Source of the DNA: a virus
Lineage: Duplodnaviria; Caudoviricetes
Length of the DNA: 25,082 nucleotides
Direction: 5' to 3' (one strand)
Virus record (IMG/VR): IMGVR_UViG_3300032301_000382
Coordinates: 1-25,082 of that record
Shown here: positions 8,623 through 16,136 of the stretch, in pieces
Layout: each line of letters opens with the position of its first letter
How positions within the stretch are numbered: the first letter of the stretch is position 1
Made by a program: the position numbers and the translations under genes
Notes under the pieces: generated by a model
Seen by the model: only the letters and a program-made list of their open reading frames with translations
What the model was told of the DNA's origin: nothing
Databases searched by the model: none

Positions 8623-9549
8623 ATGAACGAGAACCAACGCAAGGCCGAAGCCATCGTGGGTCAGGTGGATTGGCAGTCCGAGAACCACGGACTGTGCCAC
8701 TGCCCAGGTGAAGCCACGCATACCAGCCATACCAGGCTGCGCGACACCACCGTGTTCGTGGACGGAGTGCCGACTATCTTCTGCTGGCACACCTCCTGCA
8801 TGGCATACCGCGACGAGGCCAACCGCAAGCTGCGCCGGGCGATCCTGCACGACAGCATGGGCAGGCCGATACAGCAGTTGGATAATCCGGTGAAACTGGT
8901 GATCGAGAAAGATCCTGAGAGCGAGATAATTGATCGAATCAAGACGATTGCCGAGTCGAACAAGAGCCGGTATCTGACCCACTACAACTGGGACCCGGCG
9001 GATATGTACGAGGAGAGTCCGGTCAAGCTGGACGATCCGGCGCAGGATTACCACCGCTTCCTGACCTTGTGGCAGCCGAGCGATCTGATCTGGATCGGGG
9101 ACGTGAAGGACAGCGGCAGGCATCCGCAGAATTTCCGCAGGGCGGATGAGTGGATGGGCTTGCCATCGCCGGTGGGCAACTACACGACCGGCGCGGTGTT
9201 TGTGCCGGGGTCGGTCAGCCGCGCCAACGAGAACGTGGACACCAGGGTCTACCTGGTGGTGGAGTCCGACACGCTGACCAAGCCGCAGATGGGCGCGGTG
9301 TTCCAAGCCATGCGCGATCTATTCAAGATGAGGATGTATGCCGTGGTCGACACTGGCGGGAGGAGTCTGCACGGCTGGTTTGAGAACCCGCCAAAGAAAG
9401 AATGGATGGAGCAACTAAAAGCTTTCCTTGTTCCGCTCGGGTGCGATCCTGCGACTTTCAAGCCAAGCCAACCGGTGAGAATTCCGGGGGCAAAAAGAAA
9501 CGACACAACCTACCAGAACTTTCTCTGGTTTTGCAAGGAGGGGAAATGA
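8623..9549 (+). CDS. AEP-superfamily primase(-polymerase) with N-terminal Zn-binding domain
   Basis: CHCPG...H and CWHTSC; LVVESD, VVDTGGRSLHGWF and R.PG catalytic-type motifs. Confidence 0.8.
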   Translation: MNENQRKAEAIVGQVDWQSENHGLCHCPGEATHTSHTRLRDTTVFVDGVPTIFCWHTSCMAYRDEANRKLRRAILHDSMGRPIQQLDNPVKLVIEKDPESEIIDRIKTIAESNKSRYLTHYNWDPADMYEESPVKLDDPAQDYHRFLTLWQPSDLIWIGDVKDSGRHPQNFRRADEWMGLPSPVGNYTTGAVFVPGSVSRANENVDTRVYLVVESDTLTKPQMGAVFQAMRDLFKMRMYAVVDTGGRSLHGWFENPPKKEWMEQLKAFLVPLGCDPATFKPSQPVRIPGAKRNDTTYQNFLWFCKEGK

Positions 9550-10562
9550 TAGAGCCAGCCGTAGGATTGGGGGTGAAACAGCCGGTGGACCAGTGGCCGC
9601 CGATCAAGAGGTACGAGGATCTGGCCAAGGAGAAGTTGCCGGAGCCGGAGGTGCTGATCGAGGGGATGCTGCACCAAGGGGGCAAGTTGCTCCTGGGCGG
9701 TGGCAGCAAGGCTTTCAAAAGCTGGAGCCTGATCGACCTGTCACTCAGTCTGCACACCGGCACGGATTGGTGGGGCAACAAGTGCCGCAAGAGCCGGGTG
9801 CTGTTTATTAACTTTGAGATTCAGGAATGGAGCTTCAGGAACCGCCTGAGCGATGTCATCAAGGCAAAGAACCTGACATCCGAACAGGTCAAAGACTTCG
9901 ATGTCTGGACGCTCCGGGGCTATGCCGCCGACCTTACCTTCATCCGCCCGATCATCGAGAAGCATATCCAGGGCAGGGGCTACCAGGCTATCGTCCTAGA
10001 TCCGAACTATATGCTCATGGGCGACCGCGATGAAAACAGCGCGGGGGACATGGCCAGCCTGATGAACGAACTGGAGGCACTGGCAACCAAGCACAAACTA
10101 TCGGTCATCCTGTCCCACCATTTCGCCAAGGGCAATGCGTCATCGAAGGAAGCCATCGACCGCTTCTCCGGGTCAGGGGTGTTCGCTAGGAACCCTGACA
10201 GTCTAGTCGTACTGACACCCCATGAGGAGGACGAGCGTACCTTCACCTGTGACGTGACACTCCGCAACTTCAGCCCGATGGACCCCTTTGTCATCCAGTG
10301 GCACTACCCCCTATTCCGACCCAACTACGCCCTTAACCCTGACAACCTAAAGAGGCCGGGAGCCAAACCTGTCATAGGTGACGAGCGGTTCCTTGGAGAG
10401 ATGGGGTGCAAGGGCTGGCAGGCATCTGACCTATGCCGTCACATCATGGACAAGTGCAAGATTTCAGAGAGAACCTTCTATCGGCACCTGAAACGGCTGA
10501 CAAAGGCTGGCAAGATACTGTTGGAGAAGGATTTATATACTGCCAACCAGTCCAGCTTCTAG
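9546..10562 (+). CDS. RecA-family/AAA_25 (RepA-like) helicase with C-terminal HTH
   Basis: Walker A variant GGSKAFKS, VLFINFE, Walker B IVLDP, HH.AK, R.SGS; C-terminal ISERTFYRHLKRL; ATGA-coupled to the primase. Confidence 0.85.
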   Translation: MIEPAVGLGVKQPVDQWPPIKRYEDLAKEKLPEPEVLIEGMLHQGGKLLLGGGSKAFKSWSLIDLSLSLHTGTDWWGNKCRKSRVLFINFEIQEWSFRNRLSDVIKAKNLTSEQVKDFDVWTLRGYAADLTFIRPIIEKHIQGRGYQAIVLDPNYMLMGDRDENSAGDMASLMNELEALATKHKLSVILSHHFAKGNASSKEAIDRFSGSGVFARNPDSLVVLTPHEEDERTFTCDVTLRNFSPMDPFVIQWHYPLFRPNYALNPDNLKRPGAKPVIGDERFLGEMGCKGWQASDLCRHIMDKCKISERTFYRHLKRLTKAGKILLEKDLYTANQSSF

Positions 10563-10710
10563 CTGTCAGTTCAGCCTGTCATTTTCCTGCCATTTACACT
10601 ACTGCCATACCCTTATATATAATAAGGCAAAAGACAGTTCCGAGGAACCAGGGGGAGGGGTAACTCCTATGTCGTTACCCTCCCCTCCCCTGACGGCAGG
10701 TTCCGAGGAA
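10540..10710. other. Putative replication origin
   Basis: Five CTGYCA repeats (10540, 10563, 10576, 10587, 10602); AT palindrome CCTTAT-ATATA-ATAAGG (10611-10627); GC hairpin 10649-10692 bracketed by two GTTCCGAGGAA copies. Confidence 0.55.
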
Positions 10711-10798
10711 AATCCACTGCCTGAGTGTTCCCAAGGGAAGAAAAGCTGGCAGCCGCAGGGACACGCGCAGGGCTGCTATAAACGTCCGACACGCGCCC

Positions 10799-10827
10799 TT
10801 GGGCGTGCAGGGAGGGTGTGGTATATT
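10799..10827 (+). promoter_or_regulatory. Extended -10 promoter, leaderless
   Basis: TTGGGC, 17 nt, TATATT (preceded by TGTGG), 6 nt, ATG 10834. Confidence 0.6.
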
Positions 10828-10833
10828 GGGGGA

Positions 10834-10980
10834 ATGAAACGCCCCGGCCTCTACGCTAATATCAACGCTCGCCGTAAGGCTGGCACATCCCGCCCTAAAT
10901 CCCAATCTACCATTTCACCCCGCACTTGGCGTTTAATGAAGGCCAAGAAGGGCGGCTTTCGTGAAAAGCCCAAGGGTTGA
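10834..10980 (+). CDS. Small basic protein (GLYANI-type)
   Basis: MKRPGLYANINARRKAGTSRPK...; 48 aa. Confidence 0.7.
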   Translation: MKRPGLYANINARRKAGTSRPKSQSTISPRTWRLMKAKKGGFREKPKG

Positions 10981-11203
10981 CCTAGCCTGGGCGTATATCG
11001 AGCTTCTCCTGACAGAGAACTCCCGCCTGCATCAGACCATAGGCAAGGTGGACCGACTCTGTGGTGACATATTAGCTGACTGCTCCCGCGAGGTGTACGA
11101 GGCGAACATGGTAAGCCTGACAGATGACCTGGAGGACCTGGGAAAGTTCCTTGAAGTACACCAGGAAAAGATTAAGCTACTGGCAGGAGCATTAAACCAA
11201 TGA
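10961..11203 (+). CDS. Hypothetical coiled-coil protein
   Basis: Tiles between its two neighbours; ATGA coupling at the 3' end. Confidence 0.6.
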   Translation: MKSPRVDLAWAYIELLLTENSRLHQTIGKVDRLCGDILADCSREVYEANMVSLTDDLEDLGKFLEVHQEKIKLLAGALNQ

Positions 11204-11430
11204 GACAATCCCCATGCAACAGGCCAGTGCGTACACCTGGAGAATCTAAGAAATTTCGGGTGCGTGCTTGTTCCGGTGGCAAGTCCAAGACCATCCGCTT
11301 TGGCGATCCCAAAATGACCATTAAGAAGTCCATACCCGGACGGCGCAAGAGCTTTAGGGCTAGGCATCGGTGTGATAGCAACCCGCCTAGCAAGCTGACG
11401 GCTAGGTATTGGTCGTGCCGCAAGTGGTAG
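11200..11430 (+). CDS. Small basic phage protein (RFGD/RRKSFRARH family)
   Basis: KTIRFGDP.M.IKK..P.RRKSFRARH.C.....K.TARYWSCRKW; AGGAG RBS. Confidence 0.8.
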   Translation: MRQSPCNRPVRTPGESKKFRVRACSGGKSKTIRFGDPKMTIKKSIPGRRKSFRARHRCDSNPPSKLTARYWSCRKW

Positions 11431-11576
11431 TCAGTTGAAAAGCAAAAAGGCTTTAAAATCGACGTATTGCCACCCAGAAGCCTCGCCACGGGGTCAGGTA
11501 TCTGGAATCAATAAAACGGCTGAGGATAAAGAAGCACCCCCACGTTTGCGTTTAAATGCGGAATCCTATCGCCAAG

Positions 11577-11896
11577 CTACCGTTCTTGCGGCTCCTTTAG
11601 GCAACCGAGCGTGCTGTATTTCAATAGGCTGAACTACCGTTCGTATCCCTTATAGGACATAGCGTTCTTATAGCGTCCTTATAGAGTCGCCAGCCTACCG
11701 TTTGTTCTGCTCCCGCCACTTGGCCCAACGCTCCCGCTGAACCTGGCTAACCTTGGCGTAATGCTCCCGAGATAGTTTCCGGGCTTTCTGCGGACCTTTC
11801 ACGCTCCCGCCTTTTCTACCCTGGGCAGATAGGTATTCTTTTATGATTTGCTCTTTATTCATTCCTTATAGGCTCCTTATAGGCCGTGCTACCGTT
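11577..11896. repeat. Interspersed short repeat field (CTTATAG x5, CTACCGTT x4)
   Basis: CTTATAG at 11649, 11667, 11678, 11865, 11876; CTACCGTT at 11577, 11634, 11695, 11889. Confidence 0.75.
11695..11862 (-). CDS. Small basic GRKGG-motif protein, 55 aa
   Basis: Hand translation MNKEQIIKEYLSAQGRKGGSVKGPQKARKLSREHYAKVSQVQRERWAKWREQNKR; AAGGAG RBS. Not in the ORF track. Confidence 0.75.
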   Translation of the reverse strand: MNKEQIIKEYLSAQGRKGGSVKGPQKARKLSREHYAKVSQVQRERWAKWREQNKR

Positions 11897-11987
11897 TATA
11901 AGTCAAACCAAATCGCCCCGCTTCCGTTTATGGGCGGATGGCGGATTAGGTGAACCGGCCAAGGGGTGGAACCTTGGCGGGGGTTGA

Positions 11988-12158
11988 CTAAACTTTTTCG
12001 GTGCTTTCCTCGTCAATTCTAAATGATGTCCCGTCAAGCTCCTCCCATCTCTCCAGCCCTATGCCATCGGCAATTAAATGGGCTTCTTTTTCGCTTTCTG
12101 CATTTATTTCAATTTGATAATACTCCGTCCTTTCGCCTATTATCTTATACTTTTTCAT
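11988..12158 (-). CDS. Small early protein (DpnD/PcfM-like), 56 aa
   Basis: AGAAAGG RBS; MKKYKIIGERTEYYQIEINAESEKEAHLIADGIGLERWEELDG... Confidence 0.7.
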   Translation of the reverse strand: MKKYKIIGERTEYYQIEINAESEKEAHLIADGIGLERWEELDGTSFRIDEESTEKV

Positions 12159-12283
12159 TATGTGTTACCTTTCTTAATCATCCCCACCGCCAGGATTGCC
12201 CGTGGCCATGGTTCCGTTTGCTAGGTTGATTCTATCGAATCTCACCTCCGTCCCCCTCCGTGACGAGGGGGAACGAGGGAAGA

Positions 12284-12466
12284 CTACGGCTTATAGAATC
12301 TGAAAGAATAACCACCATCTTTCGGAGTAAAAAACCCGAAAGCATCGTCATCAAAATCCTTTGCAATTTCAATTCTTCCGCCCCCGATTCCCTCGGTGGG
12401 GGTAAAATTAAAGTTTTTGCATATCTCTTGAATCTGTTTGAGTGTGTATTTTTTGCCTTGGTTCAT
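12284..12466 (-). CDS. Small early protein, 60 aa
   Basis: AGAAAGG RBS before ATG 12466 (MNQGKKYTLKQ...). Confidence 0.7.
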   Translation of the reverse strand: MNQGKKYTLKQIQEICKNFNFTPTEGIGGGRIEIAKDFDDDAFGFFTPKDGGYSFRFYKP

Positions 12467-12489
12467 ATGTTTCCTTTCTTTTATTGTTT

Positions 12490-12585
12490 TTATTTCCGCC
12501 CGATAAACATTGCGAAAGCCACCAAGATCCCGCCCAAAATCAAACCATGGGCGAAGTAAACGGCTCCGTGTATTCCTGCGATCAT
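12490..12585 (-). CDS. 31-aa membrane peptide
   Basis: AAGGAG RBS, ATGA coupling; MIAGIHGAVYFAHGLILGGILVAFAMFIGRK. Confidence 0.65.
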   Translation of the reverse strand: MIAGIHGAVYFAHGLILGGILVAFAMFIGRK

Positions 12586-12713
12586 CGCCAAATCTCCTTT
12601 CGTATTGTGTAGTTTTCGACTCCTCTTTCCCTTCTCCACGCCTCGGCACGCTCAAACGATTCGAAGCGAAGGAGGAAGGAGCCTGCGCGCGAATAAATGC
12701 ACCAGCAGATCAT
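12582..12713 (-). CDS. Small early protein, 43 aa
   Basis: ATGA coupling at both ends; MICWCIYSRAGSFLLRFESFERAEAWRRERGVENYTIRKEIWR. Confidence 0.65.
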   Translation of the reverse strand: MICWCIYSRAGSFLLRFESFERAEAWRRERGVENYTIRKEIWR

Positions 12714-12862
12714 GACGCGCTTTCCATAGTCATATAAACACCTAGGCTTTCCATGACTATTTCATGCGCCTCTTTTTCGCTTGTCGCCTCAAACTGAAGT
12801 ACCGGCATGGATAGCCCGTGACTATCTTTTTTGTCAAAAACTTCGACTAAGTAGGTTTTCAA
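12710..12862 (-). CDS. Small early protein, 50 aa
   Basis: TTG start overlaps the ardC stop (TTGA); AAGGAG RBS; MKTYLVEVFDKKDSHGLSMPVLQFEATSEKEAHEIV... Confidence 0.65.
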   Translation of the reverse strand: MKTYLVEVFDKKDSHGLSMPVLQFEATSEKEAHEIVMESLGVYMTMESAS

Positions 12863-13710
12863 GCCTTCTCCTTTCTCATGATATAATCATGCGCCGCTTG
12901 TGCCTTGGCGGCGGCGTAGAAAATCATTTTAGGATCATTCTTAAGGACGCGGGACCAGTTTTGACAATAGGCCACAGCGTTTTCCTCAACTTCAGCGCGA
13001 TTGATGCCCGATGATTGACACAAAAATTGCGCGCCAATCTCAGCGACCAACTCTTCCTTGGCATACTTTTCGCTGCCAAAACTTCCGCCCAAATCACGCT
13101 CTAGTCGCGACTCGTGGCCTGTTGAGTGTGTCAACTCATGGAACAGAGTGTCATAATATGCGCTTCCACTTGTCCAGTGCGCTGTTTTTGGCGGCATGTT
13201 TACAATGTCCTGACTTGGGACATAGCAAGCGCGCGATCCATCGACTATCCTTGGCGCGCGCGGCATGCGTTTAATTATCTCATCAGCCTCCACAATTTGA
13301 GCCACCGGTGCGGCGGCTGCCTCACGCTCAGGCATGCCATCGCACTGAGAAGCGTTAAACACTGTATAGTGTTTCATAAACCGAAAAGTTTTAGCCTTTT
13401 CGTTTCCTGTGCTTTCTCCTCCTTCATTCTCTCCATCCTTTTTTATGGTGGAATAGAATATCACTGGCCATCCTTTCTCCCCCTTTCTTACTTGCGCACC
13501 AAGTGCGGTGGCCTGTTTGTAAGTTAAAAAGCGCGGGTCAGGATAATGACTCGCCAAGTTTAACACCAGCGCGTTCACTCCTCTATATTCTGATCCGCTG
13601 ATTGCATTATGCGCGGCAACACTGCGCCAAGGCTTGCGCCAAGGTATCTCGCCTTTGCCTAGTGCTTCCACGATCTTCTCTACTATTCTGTTTGTGTCCT
13701 CTGTTTTCAT
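12859..13710 (-). CDS. ardC: ArdC antirestriction protein (ssDNA-binding plus zincin-like domain)
   Basis: IPWRKPW, Y.GVN.L.L, F.TYKQA...G.QVRKGEKG, YTVFNASQCDG, HELTHSTGH.SRL.R and FGS..YAKEELVAE. Confidence 0.95.
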   Translation of the reverse strand: MKTEDTNRIVEKIVEALGKGEIPWRKPWRSVAAHNAISGSEYRGVNALVLNLASHYPDPRFLTYKQATALGAQVRKGEKGWPVIFYSTIKKDGENEGGESTGNEKAKTFRFMKHYTVFNASQCDGMPEREAAAAPVAQIVEADEIIKRMPRAPRIVDGSRACYVPSQDIVNMPPKTAHWTSGSAYYDTLFHELTHSTGHESRLERDLGGSFGSEKYAKEELVAEIGAQFLCQSSGINRAEVEENAVAYCQNWSRVLKNDPKMIFYAAAKAQAAHDYIMRKEKA

Positions 13711-13729
13711 TGTGCGTTTCCTTTCTTTA

Positions 13730-13799
13730 GTTTGCCTTGGCTCGCCTAGCGGTTTGCCTTGGTAAATGGAGCCTAGTCCAAGCGGGTTGGTTGTGTCAA
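13730..13799 (-). promoter_or_regulatory. Sigma70 promoter of the ardC operon, with a leader direct repeat
   Basis: TTGACA (13799-13794), 18 nt, TAGGCT (13775-13770), with an AT-rich upstream tract; CCAAGGCAAAC twice, 22 bp apart. Confidence 0.65.
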
Positions 13800-13837
13800 C
13801 AATTATTTTTTAGAATCTTTTATGGTAGGTTGTGCGA

Positions 13838-14482
13838 GTGGAAAACCCGCCCGACAATCTCCCCGCAAAATCAAAGAATGGTAAGGTAGCATTTACCAAG
13901 GAGATTGAGGAAAAGTGCCTTTCGGCTTGTTCCTCTGGATTCACTCTCGAAAAGTGTGCTGGTTTGGTAGGCGTTCCAGTTGGAACCATTAAAACTTGGG
14001 TGCATAGAAACCCGGCTTTCGGCAGAAAGATGGAAACCGCAAGAAAAAATCACGAGCTTGGCCTATTAAGGTCAATAGAACTAGCAGGCGAGAAGTCATG
14101 GCAGGCGAAAGCATGGATGGCGGAGAGGGTTTATTCCTATGCTCAACCATCGGCTAGGTTGCAAGTCTCTGGTGGCGTAGAACATACAGCTGGAGGATCA
14201 TTCGCCGCCCTGCTTGCTGGCCTTGCATCCCGAAGGGCGGAAAAGAAGGCTCAAGTGATTGAGGCGAAAGAAGTTAAAACGATTGAAGATGTCAATAGTA
14301 AATACAATAGCTATTGTGCGACAGATAATCCGCAACCTATTGCAACCACAATGCCAAAAAATTCTGGCAAGCCTCGAGCCTTGAGGATGAGGAGACGCAA
14401 GCCAAGGCAAGAAAGCCTCAAGAAGTGGCCGGTACACGACACCCCCACCCCTACGCCCCCCGCCACCGATTCACACGCATAA
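13838..14482 (+). CDS. terS: Terminase small subunit (probable)
   Basis: N-terminal HTH (TLEKCAGLVGVPVGTIKTW...P.F) and WQAKAWMAER motif; lies directly before terL. Start GTG 13838 is 6 nt after TGG-TAGGTT. Confidence 0.75.
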   Translation: MENPPDNLPAKSKNGKVAFTKEIEEKCLSACSSGFTLEKCAGLVGVPVGTIKTWVHRNPAFGRKMETARKNHELGLLRSIELAGEKSWQAKAWMAERVYSYAQPSARLQVSGGVEHTAGGSFAALLAGLASRRAEKKAQVIEAKEVKTIEDVNSKYNSYCATDNPQPIATTMPKNSGKPRALRMRRRKPRQESLKKWPVHDTPTPTPPATDSHA

Positions 14483-14521
14483 TACCCCCCAAATAATTGC
14501 GCCACAAAACAAAAAGAGGTT

Positions 14522-15958
14522 ATGCCTAAGCGTATTCCCAAGTCAGCCCAAAAGGCACCTGAAGAGGTTTTAGAGCAACTGCTAAACCCTGCGTATTTCG
14601 CAGATAAGGTATTGGGCATCAATCTCTACAAATGGCAAAAGGATGTATTGTCAGATATTGAGCCAGTTGACGCTAGGGTGGCTCTACGCGCCGCCAACGG
14701 TTCCGGCAAGACTTCCACGGTTATTTCCGGCGTTTTGATATGGCACGCGCTCGTCTACAAGCGTTCTATTGCGGTCACGACCGCTGGGGTCTTCCGCCAA
14801 GTTGAGTCACAGCTTTGGCCTAGCCTTCGCTCCCACATCGCCAAGCTTGGCGGCCCCTGGGAGGTCACATCCGGCGAGATCCGCTACCTGCACCCTGACG
14901 GCAACACATCGCGCATTATAGGCTATTCTGCGACCGATCCTGGCCGTGCTGAAGGCTGGCACGCCGAGAACCACGAAACCGCGCCCCTGCTCATGGTGGT
15001 GGACGAAGCCAAGACCGTTGCCGACCCCCTCTTCGAGGCAATCAGTCGGTGCCAACCAACGCGACTGCTAATCGCCTCAAGTCCTGGGGGGTCAAGCGGT
15101 GCCTTCTATCGAGCCTTTACCAAGGAGGCCGATATGTGGAAGAAGCACGCCGTGACCGCCTTCGACTGCCCTCATATCACCCAGAAGCAGATCGACGAGG
15201 TTATCCAGCGGTACGGAGAGAAGCACCCACTGACCCGCTCCATGATCTATGGCGAGTTCGTGGACATCGGCAGCAAGAGCCTGATTATTAACTTGAACCA
15301 GCTTCAGAACTGCCTTACCAGCCCGCCGGACTTCAAGCCTGGCACAAAGATCGCCGGTGTAGACTTTGCGGCTGGTGGCGACTGCAACGTGCTTTGCGTG
15401 CGGGATGGGAACAAGGTTCTACCCATCACGGCATGGCGCGAAAGGGACACCATGTCTGCGGTAGGCCGTTTTATCGTCGAGTTCAAGAAGCACGGCTTGA
15501 AAGCCGAAGACATCTATGCTGACGCAAGCGGCCTGGGTATGCCCATGTGCGATGCCTTGTCGGAAGCCGGATGGGAAGTGCAGCGGGTCAACTTTGGCTC
15601 CACCGCTTACGACACCGATGCCTATACCAACCGCGCTGCTGAGATGTGGTATGGGATGGCAAAGAAGATCGAGGCGGCTGAAATCATCCTGCCCGAAGAC
15701 GACGAACTGACAGCGCAACTGACCTGCCGCCGTAGCTTGGTTAACTCCAAGGGCAAGTTGGGTGTTGAATCCAAGGATTCGATGCGAGCCAGGGGACTCG
15801 CCAGCCCAGACCGAGCCGATGCCCTTGCCCTCTGCCTTGATGGTGGTAATATCAGTTTCGACTTGACCTTCCCGGTGGAAAAGCCAACGTGGAGGTCATT
15901 GCAAGCCTTGATGGAATCGAGTGATCCCGTTATGGCTGGCTTCGACGCAGGAGGTTAA
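14522..15958 (+). CDS. terL: Terminase large subunit
   Basis: Walker A AANGSGKT, Walker B MVVDEA, YGEF, nuclease motif GVDFA and ESK..MRARGLASPDRADA. Confidence 0.95.
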   Translation: MPKRIPKSAQKAPEEVLEQLLNPAYFADKVLGINLYKWQKDVLSDIEPVDARVALRAANGSGKTSTVISGVLIWHALVYKRSIAVTTAGVFRQVESQLWPSLRSHIAKLGGPWEVTSGEIRYLHPDGNTSRIIGYSATDPGRAEGWHAENHETAPLLMVVDEAKTVADPLFEAISRCQPTRLLIASSPGGSSGAFYRAFTKEADMWKKHAVTAFDCPHITQKQIDEVIQRYGEKHPLTRSMIYGEFVDIGSKSLIINLNQLQNCLTSPPDFKPGTKIAGVDFAAGGDCNVLCVRDGNKVLPITAWRERDTMSAVGRFIVEFKKHGLKAEDIYADASGLGMPMCDALSEAGWEVQRVNFGSTAYDTDAYTNRAAEMWYGMAKKIEAAEIILPEDDELTAQLTCRRSLVNSKGKLGVESKDSMRARGLASPDRADALALCLDGGNISFDLTFPVEKPTWRSLQALMESSDPVMAGFDAGG

Positions 15959-15959
15959 T

Positions 15960-16130
15960 ATGAATATCTGGAACTGGATCACTGCAAATTGGACTGAGAT
16001 TGTTGCCGCCCTGGGTGGCATCGTGCTTGCCGCGCGTATCATTGTGAAGCTGACCCCGACCCCCGCCGACGATTCGGCGTTGGAGAAGGTTGTCAACTTC
16101 CTCAAGACGCTCGGGCTTCACATTAAATAA
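15960..16130 (+). CDS. Holin-like small membrane protein
   Basis: AGGAGG RBS; TM segment followed by LTPTPADD; precedes the spanin-like pair. Confidence 0.6.
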   Translation: MNIWNWITANWTEIVAALGGIVLAARIIVKLTPTPADDSALEKVVNFLKTLGLHIK

Positions 16131-16136
16131 CTTTAA

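Noticed and set aside
9690-9725. Helicase inactivation suggested by Walker A GGSKAFKS
   Set aside because: The catalytic KS and all other motifs are intact, so this is more likely a subfamily variant than a pseudogene.
11435-11632. 65-aa plus-strand ORF
   Set aside because: TTG start without an RBS, no recognisable motif, and it runs into the repeat field.
11577-11896. CRISPR or mini-array
   Set aside because: The repeats are only 7-9 bp and irregularly spaced, and there are no cas genes.
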